Source: a virus (taxonomy: Duplodnaviria; Caudoviricetes). Taken from it: a stretch of DNA of 41,779 nucleotides. The stretch spans positions 1 to 41,779 of IMG/VR virus record IMGVR_UViG_3300032219_000342, one strand, 5' to 3'. The position numbers and the translations under genes are program-made. The notes beneath the pieces are model-generated. The model was not told the DNA's origin. It saw only the letters and a list, made by a program, of their open reading frames with translations, and did no database searches. Shown in pieces: positions 1-9,615 of this stretch (position 1 is the stretch's first letter; the number at the start of each line of letters is the position of its first letter).

Positions 1-1
1 A

Positions 2-922
2 AATGGAACGGTAGGAAGTTACAACAACAACCAACTAGTCCTTAGAGGAGACGGCAACGTAGGAATCGGCACGGCTAGTCCTACGGCAAAGATTCACGCA
101 GTAGATAATACAAACGGATTTGTGGCTAGGTTTACAGGTGGTACTTCTTCAAATATTTTAGGAGGTATTTTTGCAAGTACTGCATCTGGTTTTGCCAGTA
201 TTGGAGTTCAGAGTAATCATGAATTTAGAATATTTACAAATGATACAGATAGACTGATTATCACTTCGGGTGGCAACGTGGGGATTGGATTGACTAGTCC
301 AACAAAAAGATTGCAAGTAGAAGCATCTGTTGCAGGAGAAGTAACGAACATAGAAAACACTAGGAATAGCGCATCAGGAGACTATGCCCTAGTCACTGAA
401 TTAGGATCAAATTGCAACAATACTAATAATTATCACTATATAGCAGCAACAGGCGGATCGGATAGGGTTTATATTTTTGGAAATGGAAATATTCAAAACA
501 CTAACAATTCCTATGGTGGTATTTCAGATGCTAAACTAAAAGAGAATATTCAGGATGCTACCTCTAAACTAGAAGATCTATTAAAAGTCAAGGTAAGAAA
601 CTACAATTTTATAGGGGAAGATACTAAGCAAATCGGGGTAATTGCTCAAGAACTTGAGGAAGTATTCCCTGCAATGATTGACGAATCTGAAGACTTTGAA
701 GAGGTAGAAGTGCCTCAACTAGATGAAGAAGGAAACGAGGTGCTAAATGAAGAAGGCGAAGTTGTAACTAAAAAAGAAAAAGTAAGCAAAGGTACTATCA
801 CAAAGTCCGTGAAATATTCAGTTTTTGTACCTATGTTGATCAAGGCTATTCAAGAGCAACAAGAGATTATAAATGAAATGAAATCAGAAATTAGTTCACT
901 TAAAAACCAAATAAACAAATGA
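2..922 (+). CDS. Tail fibre/spike protein, C-terminal part (5' truncated by window), with intramolecular chaperone (Peptidase S74-like)
   Basis: Frame is open from position 2 (NGTVGSY...GNVGIGTASP) with repeated GNVGIG motifs. The C-terminus has SDAKLKENI...GVIAQELEEVFP...VKYSVFVPMLIKAIQE plus a coiled coil, typical of autocleaved fibre chaperones. Confidence 0.9.
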   Translation, partial: NGTVGSYNNNQLVLRGDGNVGIGTASPTAKIHAVDNTNGFVARFTGGTSSNILGGIFASTASGFASIGVQSNHEFRIFTNDTDRLIITSGGNVGIGLTSPTKRLQVEASVAGEVTNIENTRNSASGDYALVTELGSNCNNTNNYHYIAATGGSDRVYIFGNGNIQNTNNSYGGISDAKLKENIQDATSKLEDLLKVKVRNYNFIGEDTKQIGVIAQELEEVFPAMIDESEDFEEVEVPQLDEEGNEVLNEEGEVVTKKEKVSKGTITKSVKYSVFVPMLIKAIQEQQEIINEMKSEISSLKNQINK

Positions 923-996
923 AAATCACGCTTAACGAAGACCAAATCAAAATGCTAGAAGCGTGGGCCGGGATGTCCTTTATACAATTTAAATAA
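919..996 (+). CDS. 25-aa micro-ORF MKITLNEDQIKMLEAWAGMSFIQFK, possibly a truncated gene
   Basis: ATGA overlap with the fibre stop codon and A-rich upstream sequence. Fills the gap before 1006. Confidence 0.45.
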   Translation: MKITLNEDQIKMLEAWAGMSFIQFK

Positions 997-1005
997 CAAG
1001 ATAAT

Positions 1006-1242
1006 ATGTCAAACATTAGCTCATACGCTGTAGATGGAAGCGTATCATACAACGACAAACTTATTGGTACTGATGCTGAGGATAGCAACAAGACTAAGAA
1101 CTTCACTATAGGAAGCATTCTATCTATGCCTCTACCAAATGTGCCTGTATACGCTAACAACGCAGCGGCTATTGCAGCAGGGCTTGTTGTTGGACGTGTA
1201 TATAGAATCACAGGGACAGGAAATCTAGGGATAGTGTTCTAA
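1006..1242 (+). CDS. Small hypothetical, probably virion/fibre-associated protein
   Basis: 78 aa, co-oriented. N-terminus (ISSY...DKLIGTD...TKNFTIG) resembles fibre attachment N-termini. Confidence 0.7.
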   Translation: MSNISSYAVDGSVSYNDKLIGTDAEDSNKTKNFTIGSILSMPLPNVPVYANNAAAIAAGLVVGRVYRITGTGNLGIVF

Positions 1243-1267
1243 ACACTTCTCAATAAAATTTAATCTA

Positions 1268-1495
1268 ATGGACATAAGAAAGATATCGGTAGGCCCAGAT
1301 TACAAGGGCAGCTCAATGCATTACATTGTGGGGCAGAAGGTCCTTGGTGACAGCCATGAGATTCATCTCATCAAGTTTGTCATAGACACAGGATCAATTA
1401 GAATTTATATTATAAACGATAAGCAGGAGGTAGTAATGTGGAAGGAATTCAACTATACAATGCCTATTGCAATTGAATACAATATAAACTACTAA
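1268..1495 (+). CDS. Hypothetical protein
   Basis: 75 aa, A/T-rich start context, TAATG overlap with next gene. Confidence 0.75.
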   Translation: MDIRKISVGPDYKGSSMHYIVGQKVLGDSHEIHLIKFVIDTGSIRIYIINDKQEVVMWKEFNYTMPIAIEYNINY

Positions 1496-2058
1496 TGCAG
1501 TCCCCATTTGATTTTATCGTAAAGCCAATTAATGGTGAGCGATACAACAACACCAAGGATATTGGTGGCATTGAGTTCATTGTCAACACATCAGAGGAGG
1601 ACCACAAGTTCTCCAACAGATATGCTGAGGTGATTGAGGTGCCCTATGGATACGATGGTCCTATTCAGATAGGTGATACACTACTAGTCCACCACAATGC
1701 CTTCAAGTTCTACAACGACATTAGAGGTAGACGTAAGAGTGGTCGGGCATTTTTTAGAGACGATAAGTTCTTCATAGAGCATGATCAGTTCTATATGTAC
1801 AAGCGTGACGATAGGTGGTACACCTATGACCGATACTGCTTTGTTAAACCAATCCTTGCTATTGACTCTTACATTAAGAAGCCATTTACCAATGAGCCAC
1901 TTATGGGTGAGATGGTGTATCCAAACGAATACTTATTATCACAGAACGTGAGTTCTGGTGACCTAGTGTGCTTCAAGCCAGACAGTGAGTATGAGTTTGA
2001 TGTAGATGGTGAGAAGCTGTACAGGATGTATGATCATCAGATAACTATCAAGCTATGA
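1495..2058 (+). CDS. GroES/Cpn10-like co-chaperonin with two tandem repeats
   Basis: Two FxVKP...G/AE-V...GDxV/L units. The second ends GDLVCFKPDSEYEFDVDGEKLYRM, similar to the GroES C-terminal half. Confidence 0.65.
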   Translation: MQSPFDFIVKPINGERYNNTKDIGGIEFIVNTSEEDHKFSNRYAEVIEVPYGYDGPIQIGDTLLVHHNAFKFYNDIRGRRKSGRAFFRDDKFFIEHDQFYMYKRDDRWYTYDRYCFVKPILAIDSYIKKPFTNEPLMGEMVYPNEYLLSQNVSSGDLVCFKPDSEYEFDVDGEKLYRMYDHQITIKL

Positions 2059-2348
2059 GAGATCCAAAGGAAATAAAGCTAAAGATAATTGAGGCAGGTC
2101 ACCAGGCTGTAGAGCAGCTTATTAAGGTGGCTAAGGAGGCAATCATAAAGCATGAGTCTGAGGATGAGCTATCTGCTGATAGATTAAAGAATGCCGCAGC
2201 TACAAAGAAGTTAGCCATCTTTGATGCGTTTGAAATTCTCAATAGGATAGAGGCTGAGCGTGAAGCTCTTGAGATGTTGGATAAGGGAATAAGTAGAACA
2301 GAAACCAAACAAGGATTTGCAGAACGAAGGTCTATATCAAATCGTTAA
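2055..2348 (+). CDS. Putative terminase small subunit
   Basis: 97-aa helical protein directly upstream of and overlapping TerL. Assignment is positional. Confidence 0.55.
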   Translation: MRDPKEIKLKIIEAGHQAVEQLIKVAKEAIIKHESEDELSADRLKNAAATKKLAIFDAFEILNRIEAEREALEMLDKGISRTETKQGFAERRSISNR

Positions 2349-4554
2349 GGACTACGTTCCTCAGAATGCTCTAAGTAAAAAGAACAGCGGAAGGACATGG
2401 CTGTACGGATACAATGAGCAGTACGACATGGTCGTAATATCTAGGACCGGAGAGATAGGTGATATCATAAATATCTCAGGGCTATATGTGGCCTTACCCA
2501 AAGCACCAAAAGAATGCTTCTCAAGGAGCCAGAACATTAGGGATCAGTACTGGGAGAGACAAGATCTACCAAAGGAGCTATCAAAGATACAGTCAATCTT
2601 CCACTGGAATGAGATGCCTGCTGAGTTTAAGGACCGGTGGGTAGACTACATTGAGGAGGAGTTTAATAGACGTGAGGATGGGATGTGGTTCATGAACGAT
2701 GGTCATCCAACTTACATGACAGGATCTCACTACATGTACTTGCAGTGGTCTAGCATTGATGTAGGATACGCAGACTATCGTGAGGCTAACCGTATATTTT
2801 TTATATTCTGGGAAGCATGCAAGGCAGACATGAGAGCATTTGGTATGATCTATCTAAAGATTAGACGTTCAGGATTCTCATTCATGTCATCATCAGAGTG
2901 CGTTAATATCGCTACTCTTGCTCGTGACTCTCGTGTTGGCATACTATCTAAGACAGGTGCTGATGCTAAGAGGATGTTTACTGACAAGGTGGTACCAATA
3001 AATAGCAGGCTACCATTCTTCTTCAGACCTATCATGGATGGTATGGACAAGCCTAAGACTGAGCTTGCCTACCGTGTACCGGCATCTAAGATTACAAAGA
3101 AGAACATGGTCAATACTAATGACAATGATGTACTTGGTCTTGACACCACTATCGACTGGAAGAACACTGAGGAGAACTCTTACGATGGTGAGAAGCTACT
3201 ATTCCTGGCACATGACGAGAGTGCTAAGTGGACTAAGCCAAACAATATCCTAAACAACTGGAGGGTAACCAAGACCTGCCTCAGGGTGGGTAGCAAGATT
3301 ATTGGTAAGTGTATGATGGGATCTACATCCAATGCCTTAAGCAAGGGTGGGGATAACTACAAGAAGCTATATGAGGATTCAAATGTTGTTAATAGAAATG
3401 CTAATGGACAGACTAAGAGTGGACTATACTCTCTATTTATACCAATGGAGTGGAACATGGAGGGATTCATTGATAGGTATGGCATGCCTATACTTAGAAA
3501 GCCTGCTGCTCCTATACTTGGTGTTGACAACCAGATGATTAGAAATGGTGCTATAGACTATTGGGAAGCTGAGGTGGACTCATTAAAGAATGATGCCGAT
3601 GCACTCAACGAGTTCTATAGACAGTTCCCTCGCACGGAGTCACATGCATTCAGGGATGAGAGCAAGTCATCTATATTTAACTTAACTAAGATATACCACC
3701 AAATAGATTACAATGACTCTATGATTGAGGGTCAGATGATTACACGTGGGGGGTTTCATTGGAAGGATGGAGACAAGGACACTAAGGTTATATGGACACC
3801 TGACCAGCGTGGCAGGTTCTTGATTAGCTGGGTGCCTCCTACCAACATGCAGAACAATGTCATCACAAGGAACGGAATGAAGTACCCTGGGAATGAACAC
3901 CTTGGATCATTTGGCTGTGACCCATACGACATTTCTGCTGTAGTAGGTGGGAGAGGGTCTAATGGAGCACTGCATGGTATGACTAAGTATCACATGGACG
4001 ATGCTCCTGCAAACCAGTTCTTTCTTGAGTACATTGCTAGACCGCAGACTGCTGAGATATTCTTTGAGGATGTGCTGATGGCGTGTATCTTTTATGGTAT
4101 GCCTGTGCTTGCGGAGAATAACAAGGCACGTATACTGTATCACTTTAAGAACAGGGGCTACAGAGCGTTCTCATTAAACAGACCTGATAGGGTACTAAAT
4201 AAGCTCAGTAAGACAGAGCGTGAGCTAGGTGGTATACCTAACTCATCTGAAGAAGTTAAGCAGGCTCATGCCTCTGCAATTGAGTCATACATCGAAAAGT
4301 TTATAGGCTTTGATATGACATCTACCTACCGACCGGCTGATGAGATAGGGACCATGCCATTTATTAGAACGCTTGAGGACTGGGCTAAATTTGATATTAA
4401 TGATAGAACAAAGCATGATGCTTCAATCAGTTCGGGATTAGCTATAATGGCAAATCAAAAACATGTATATTTACCAGATAAAAAAGAATCGAAAATTAGT
4501 GTTAATTTCGCGAAGTACGCTAACACTGGAAATCAAAGTAAAATTATTAGATGA
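2317..4554 (+). CDS. terL: Terminase large subunit
   Basis: Walker A-like KIRRSGFS, Walker B FLAHDE, coupling motif GSTSN, RNase H-like nuclease GCDPYD...HDASISSGLA. The start is TTG and uncertain. Confidence 0.92.
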   Translation: MQNEGLYQIVKDYVPQNALSKKNSGRTWLYGYNEQYDMVVISRTGEIGDIINISGLYVALPKAPKECFSRSQNIRDQYWERQDLPKELSKIQSIFHWNEMPAEFKDRWVDYIEEEFNRREDGMWFMNDGHPTYMTGSHYMYLQWSSIDVGYADYREANRIFFIFWEACKADMRAFGMIYLKIRRSGFSFMSSSECVNIATLARDSRVGILSKTGADAKRMFTDKVVPINSRLPFFFRPIMDGMDKPKTELAYRVPASKITKKNMVNTNDNDVLGLDTTIDWKNTEENSYDGEKLLFLAHDESAKWTKPNNILNNWRVTKTCLRVGSKIIGKCMMGSTSNALSKGGDNYKKLYEDSNVVNRNANGQTKSGLYSLFIPMEWNMEGFIDRYGMPILRKPAAPILGVDNQMIRNGAIDYWEAEVDSLKNDADALNEFYRQFPRTESHAFRDESKSSIFNLTKIYHQIDYNDSMIEGQMITRGGFHWKDGDKDTKVIWTPDQRGRFLISWVPPTNMQNNVITRNGMKYPGNEHLGSFGCDPYDISAVVGGRGSNGALHGMTKYHMDDAPANQFFLEYIARPQTAEIFFEDVLMACIFYGMPVLAENNKARILYHFKNRGYRAFSLNRPDRVLNKLSKTERELGGIPNSSEEVKQAHASAIESYIEKFIGFDMTSTYRPADEIGTMPFIRTLEDWAKFDINDRTKHDASISSGLAIMANQKHVYLPDKKESKISVNFAKYANTGNQSKIIR
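4503..4510 (+). promoter_or_regulatory. Possible variant -7 box (TAATTTCG) inside the terL 3' end, upstream of portal
   Basis: One mismatch to TAnnTTTG. Lies in a small inverted repeat (4490-4510) 40 nt before the portal ATG. Confidence 0.25.
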
Positions 4555-6986
4555 AAGATGTCGTAGTCAATATATCATCCACAGCTTTTCCTAGTCAATT
4601 TGTATCTGATGCTGAGAAGGCATCTCCTGAATTTGGACTACAGATTGGTCAAGCTATTCAGTATGAGTGGTTTAGGAAAGATGGTAGCCAATGTAGATAC
4701 TATAACCAGTGGTCTGAGTTTAACCGCCTGCGTTTATATGCACGTGGTGAGCAGTCTGTCCAGAAGTATAAGAATGAGTTAGCCATAGATGGTGACTTAT
4801 CTTATCTAAATCTTGACTGGACTCCTGTACCTATTCTACCAAAGTTTGTAGACATTGTTGTTAATGGATTGTCTGATAGACTATTTAAGGTTAAGGCATA
4901 TGCACAAGATGCAATGTCTCAAGCCAAGAGAAATAAGTATCAGGATATGATTGAGAGTCAGATGCTTGCTAAGGATCTTCTTTCTAAGATACAGAATGAA
5001 ACAGGTGTTGATCCATTTGTAACAAACCCAGATGAGCTTCCTCAAACTGATGAGGAGCTATCACTATACATGCAGCTTAAGTATAAGCCAGCAATTGAGA
5101 TAGCTGAAGAGGAGGCTATCAATACAATATTTGATGAGAACCACTACCAGGATACACGCAAGCGTATCGATTATGACATTGCTGTAATAGGCATTGGTAT
5201 GGCTAAGCATCAGTTCCTACTAGGATCTGGTGTTGACGTGTCCTATGTTGACCCAGCGAATGTTGTGTACAGTTACACTGAGGACCCATTTTTTCAAGAC
5301 TGTTTTTATTGGGGAGAAATAAAGACTCTTCCTATGACAGAGCTTTTAAAGATTGACCCTACTCTTACAAATGAGCAGCTAGAAGAAATATCTAAGTACT
5401 CTCAGAGCTGGTATGACTACTATAATGTAGCTCGATTCTATGAGAACAGTATGTTCAATAGAGACACCTGCACACTACTATACTTCAACTACAAGACCAC
5501 TAAGAAGATGGTCTACAAGAAGAAGATTCTTGAAGGCGGTGGTACTCGTATTATAGAGAAGGATGACAAGTTCAATCCTCCTGTAGAGATGATGGATGAG
5601 GGCAAGTTTGAGAAGTTGGAGAAGACTATTGATGTGTGGTACGATGGTGTCATGGTGATGGGTACTAACTTCTTATTGAAGTGGGAGCTATCTGAGAATA
5701 TGGTTAGACCAAAGTCTGCCTCTCAGCATGCTATACCAAACTATGTGGCATGTGCTCCTCGAATGTACAAGGGTGCTATTGAGTCGTTAGTAAGAAGGAT
5801 GATTCCTTTTGCTGACTTAATTCAAATTACCCACCTAAAGTTACAGCAGGTTATTGCACGTATTGTACCTGATGGTGTCTTTATTGATGCTGATGGATTG
5901 AATGAGGTTGATTTGGGTACCGGTGCAGCATACAACCCTGAGGATGCGCTAAGATTATACTTCCAGACTGGTAGTGTGATTGGTCGTAGCTATACTCAGG
6001 ATGGTGAATTTAACAATGCACGAGTTCCAATCCAGCAGCTTACATCTAACTCAGGTGCTGCTAAGACTCAGATGTTAATTGCTAACTACAATCACTACCT
6101 AGAAATGATCAGGTCAGTGACTGGTCTCAATGAGGCTAGAGATGGGTCTACACCTGACTCTAATGCATTGGTAGGGGTACAAAAGCTTGCGGCTCTAAAT
6201 TCAAATACGGCTACTCGCCACATACTTGAAAGTGGTCTCTTTATTTACAGGTCACTTGCTGAAGCCCTTACCTACCGTGTTGCTGATATTCTTCAGTACG
6301 CAGACTTTAAGGATGACTTTGCTAATAAGATTGGTAAGTACAACGTATCTATACTTAATGATATTAAGGATCTATACATATATGACTTTGGTATCTTCAT
6401 TGAGATTTCTCCAGACGAGGAGCAGAAGGCACAGCTAGAGCAGAATGTTCAGGTAGCTTTATCCAAGGGAGATATTAATCTTGAGGATGCTATTGACATT
6501 AGAGAGATTAAGAATCTTAAACTTGCCAACCAGCTACTTAAAATGAAGAGAGTTAAGAAGCAGGAGCGAGAGGAACGAATGATGATGGAGAAGCAGGCTA
6601 TGATGTCTCAGCAGCAGCTACAATCTCAAGAGTTAGCTGCTCAGGTGGCTATGCAACAACTACAGCTGGACACTCAAGCCAAGATGCAGATTAAGCAGGC
6701 AGAGGTGGCTTTTGATATTGAGAAGTTAAAGGCAGAGGCTGAGCTTAAGAGAATGCTTATGGCTGAAGAGTTTAGTTATCAGATGCAGATTGCTGGTGTT
6801 AAGGAGACTGCACTTGCTGGTAGAGATACCATGAAGGAGGATTCTAAATCCAAGCGAATCAGTCAGCAGAACTCTGAGCAGTCTAAGTTGATTAATCAAA
6901 GGAAGAATAACTTACCTCCATTGAGCTTTGAATCTAACGAGGATACGCTTGATGGGTTTGACATGGCACAGTTTGAGCCACGTTAG
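4551..6986 (+). CDS. Portal protein
   Basis: 811 aa between TerL and scaffold/MCP. Long Q/E/M-rich C-terminal coiled coil as in podoviral barrel portals. Confidence 0.85.
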   Translation: MKDVVVNISSTAFPSQFVSDAEKASPEFGLQIGQAIQYEWFRKDGSQCRYYNQWSEFNRLRLYARGEQSVQKYKNELAIDGDLSYLNLDWTPVPILPKFVDIVVNGLSDRLFKVKAYAQDAMSQAKRNKYQDMIESQMLAKDLLSKIQNETGVDPFVTNPDELPQTDEELSLYMQLKYKPAIEIAEEEAINTIFDENHYQDTRKRIDYDIAVIGIGMAKHQFLLGSGVDVSYVDPANVVYSYTEDPFFQDCFYWGEIKTLPMTELLKIDPTLTNEQLEEISKYSQSWYDYYNVARFYENSMFNRDTCTLLYFNYKTTKKMVYKKKILEGGGTRIIEKDDKFNPPVEMMDEGKFEKLEKTIDVWYDGVMVMGTNFLLKWELSENMVRPKSASQHAIPNYVACAPRMYKGAIESLVRRMIPFADLIQITHLKLQQVIARIVPDGVFIDADGLNEVDLGTGAAYNPEDALRLYFQTGSVIGRSYTQDGEFNNARVPIQQLTSNSGAAKTQMLIANYNHYLEMIRSVTGLNEARDGSTPDSNALVGVQKLAALNSNTATRHILESGLFIYRSLAEALTYRVADILQYADFKDDFANKIGKYNVSILNDIKDLYIYDFGIFIEISPDEEQKAQLEQNVQVALSKGDINLEDAIDIREIKNLKLANQLLKMKRVKKQEREERMMMEKQAMMSQQQLQSQELAAQVAMQQLQLDTQAKMQIKQAEVAFDIEKLKAEAELKRMLMAEEFSYQMQIAGVKETALAGRDTMKEDSKSKRISQQNSEQSKLINQRKNNLPPLSFESNEDTLDGFDMAQFEPR

Positions 6987-7003
6987 AAAAATATATATAT
7001 TTG
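6972..7003 (+). promoter_or_regulatory. Bacteroidota primary-sigma promoter for scaffold/MCP
   Basis: TTTG (6972-6975), 20-nt spacer, TATATTTG (6996-7003): matches the TTTG-N19-21-TAnnTTTG consensus. Confidence 0.75.
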
Positions 7004-7022
7004 TAACATAAAATCTAATTAA

Positions 7023-8120
7023 ATGGAAATCAAAGTAAGATCACTAGATGGGTTTGAACAAAAGAGTGTTCAAGAAGTAGAAAAAGAATTGCTTGAAAAG
7101 CATGAAATGGAGATCAATAGTGAACTGCAAGTTGGGCTGGATACTTCTAGTATTGACAATGCAGCTCAGAACAGTCAGCCTGAAGAGGAGGAATTATCTG
7201 AAGAAAAAGTTCTTTCATATATTGGGAAAAGATATAATAAGCAAATCAATTCGTTTGATGATTTGATGGAACAAAGACAGAGCAATGAAGAATTGCCTGA
7301 GGATGTTGCAGCTTATTTGAATTATAAGAAGGATACTGGAAGAGGTTTCGAAGATTTCCTAAAGCTTAGGAAGGACTACGATACTATGGATCAGACAAAA
7401 CTTCTTAAAGAGTACCTTGTAGATACACAGCAAAATTTAGATGATGAGGACATTGAAGTCTTAATGGAGGATTACACCTACGATGAGGACCTAGATGATG
7501 AGTCAAAGATTAAGCATGTAAAGATTGCAAGAAAGAAAGCTATTGCCGAGGCTAAAAAACACTTCAACAATCAGAAGGAGAAATATAAGCTTCCACTTGA
7601 GTCAAGTGGAACAGGCTTGTCTTCAGAAGAGAAAGAAGAATTTCAAGCTTACCGCCAATATACACAAGAGTCAAAGACGATAGAAGAGGAAAGTAATCGG
7701 AAGCGTAAATGGTTCGACCAAAAGACAGATGAGGTTTTTAGTAAAGACTTTAAAGGATTTGAGTTCGACATTAACGATAAGAAGATTTTATTTGCTCCGG
7801 CATCTGGTTCAGAATTAAAGAGTGCTCAGTCAAGTCCGTTGAACTTTGTTAATAAGTTCTTGGATGAGAGTGGTCTAATTAAGGATGCATCTGGATACCA
7901 TAAGTCTTTGTCTATCGCAATGAATCCTGAAAAGTTTGCCAAGTTCTTTTATGAGCAGGGGCAAGCGGATGCTACCGATGACGTTTTACGAAAGACCAAA
8001 AATATAAATATGTCTGAGCGTAGAGCTCCTGAGGTTGTTAATAAGGGTGGGATGCAGGTGAAGGCGGTTACGCCAGACTCTGGAAGGAGTCTAAAAATCC
8101 GCAGTATTAAAAAAATATAA
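7023..8120 (+). CDS. Capsid scaffolding protein
   Basis: Very acidic, helical 365 aa with basic C-terminus, directly upstream of MCP. Confidence 0.75.
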   Translation: MEIKVRSLDGFEQKSVQEVEKELLEKHEMEINSELQVGLDTSSIDNAAQNSQPEEEELSEEKVLSYIGKRYNKQINSFDDLMEQRQSNEELPEDVAAYLNYKKDTGRGFEDFLKLRKDYDTMDQTKLLKEYLVDTQQNLDDEDIEVLMEDYTYDEDLDDESKIKHVKIARKKAIAEAKKHFNNQKEKYKLPLESSGTGLSSEEKEEFQAYRQYTQESKTIEEESNRKRKWFDQKTDEVFSKDFKGFEFDINDKKILFAPASGSELKSAQSSPLNFVNKFLDESGLIKDASGYHKSLSIAMNPEKFAKFFYEQGQADATDDVLRKTKNINMSERRAPEVVNKGGMQVKAVTPDSGRSLKIRSIKKI

Positions 8121-8142
8121 CAACTAAAAACAAAACAAAACA

Positions 8143-9558
8143 ATGGCAGTATTAAACACCCCAGGTTTCCAGTTGCAGCCGAGTGCTGAACAGGTACCTT
8201 TATCAACAAACTATATTACCAACTTTGATTTCTTGAACCAGTATCTACCTGATACCTACGAGAAAGAATTCGAGCGTTATGGTAATCGTACAGTAGCTTC
8301 CTTCCTTCGAATGGTTGGAGCTGAAATGCCTTCCAACTCTGACATGGTCAAGTGGGCTGAGCAAGGTCGTTTGCATACTAAGTATGTGAACTGTGATTCA
8401 TCTGCGGCAGCTGCGGCTGATTCCGCAACTATTACTGTTTCTGATGCTAACGTAACCGCTATTGCAATACGTGCTGGACAGACTGTATTTATCTCTGATA
8501 ACGCTACAGGACTTTCTAACAAGGGTATTGTTACAGCCGTTAACACTTCTACTGACACTTTCGAAGTAGCTTACTACGAAGCTGGAGGACAGACTTTCTC
8601 TGGAACTGCTGTTCTTTCAGTATGGATCTACGGTTCTGAATTTAGAAAAGGAACTGTTGGAATGATCGGATCTTTGGAGGCTGAAGATGAGTTCTTTAGC
8701 AACTCTCCAATCATCATCAAGGACAAGTATGCAGTATCTGGTTCTGACATGGCTCAGATTGGATGGGTAGAAGTAACTACCGAGAATGGTGCGACTGGAT
8801 ACCTTTGGTATTTGAAGTCTGAGCACGAGACTCGTCTACGTTTCGAAGACTATCTTGAGACAGCAATGATTGAAGCAGTTCCTGCTGAGTCTGGTTCTGG
8901 TGCTGCTAACGCTGCATTAAACCCAGTGTATGGCAACAAAGGTTCTGAAGGTATCTTCTACGTTGTTAACAGCCGTGGTAACGTATGGGGTGGTGGTAAT
9001 CCAACTACTCTATCTGACTTTGATAGCATCATCTCTCGTCTTGATAAGCAGGGATCTATTGAAGAGAACGTAATCTTCTTGAACAGAGCATTCAGCTTTG
9101 ACATTGACGATATGTTGGCAGCTCAGAATAGCTACGGTGCTGGTGGTACCTCTTATGGTCTATTTGACAACGATGAGCAGATGGCTTTGAATCTTGGATT
9201 CACTGGATTCCGTAGAGGTTATGACTTCTACAAGTCTGACTGGAAGTACTTGAATGATCCTACCATGCGTGGTGGATTATATGCTGGTGGTTCTGGAACT
9301 GTAACTGGTCTATTGGTGCCTGCTGGTTCTACTAGTGTGTACGATCAGGTCCTTGGTAAGAACGCTAAGAGACCATTCTTGCACGTTCGTTACAGAGCTT
9401 CTGAGACTGAAGATCGTAGATACAAGACTTGGATCACTGGTTCTGCCGGTGGTGCACAGACTAGCGATCTTGATGCAATGGAGGTCAACTTCTTGTCTGA
9501 GCGTTGTGTATGTACCTTGGGTGCAAACAACTTCGTATTGTTCAGATACGGAGCTTAA
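8143..9558 (+). CDS. Major capsid protein
   Basis: 471 aa after the scaffold, strong codon bias, followed by a terminator. Has an A/T/V-rich beta insertion domain at about aa 80-165. Confidence 0.88.
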   Translation: MAVLNTPGFQLQPSAEQVPLSTNYITNFDFLNQYLPDTYEKEFERYGNRTVASFLRMVGAEMPSNSDMVKWAEQGRLHTKYVNCDSSAAAAADSATITVSDANVTAIAIRAGQTVFISDNATGLSNKGIVTAVNTSTDTFEVAYYEAGGQTFSGTAVLSVWIYGSEFRKGTVGMIGSLEAEDEFFSNSPIIIKDKYAVSGSDMAQIGWVEVTTENGATGYLWYLKSEHETRLRFEDYLETAMIEAVPAESGSGAANAALNPVYGNKGSEGIFYVVNSRGNVWGGGNPTTLSDFDSIISRLDKQGSIEENVIFLNRAFSFDIDDMLAAQNSYGAGGTSYGLFDNDEQMALNLGFTGFRRGYDFYKSDWKYLNDPTMRGGLYAGGSGTVTGLLVPAGSTSVYDQVLGKNAKRPFLHVRYRASETEDRRYKTWITGSAGGAQTSDLDAMEVNFLSERCVCTLGANNFVLFRYGA

Positions 9559-9569
9559 TTGTAAATAAT

Positions 9570-9595
9570 GGAGGGGCCAATTGGCCTCTCCTTTT
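9570..9595 (+). terminator. Rho-independent terminator after MCP
   Basis: GGAGGGGCC-AATT-GGCCTCTCC followed by TTTT. Confidence 0.8.
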
Positions 9596-9615
9596 ATCTT
9601 TAAATAAATAAGATA

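Noticed and set aside
4478-4510. A6G run plus small hairpin near the terL end as a TerL-portal frameshift
   Set aside because: A_AAA_AAG is not in the TerL frame, and the -1 (portal) frame hits TAG within five codons, so no fusion is possible.
2850-4782. Alternative-frame and antisense ORFs in terL/portal (e.g. 3038-3253, 3347-3538, 3682-3900, 4600-4782), and similar ones elsewhere
   Set aside because: L/M/T/R-rich shadow translations expected from codon bias. They lack A-rich leaders and recognisable motifs, unlike the 23849 nested ORF.
8101-8156. GCAGTATTAAA repeated at the scaffold end and MCP start; possible scaffold-MCP fusion
   Set aside because: Only 11 bp, and the MCP frame has a stop in the spacer, so no simple fusion route exists.
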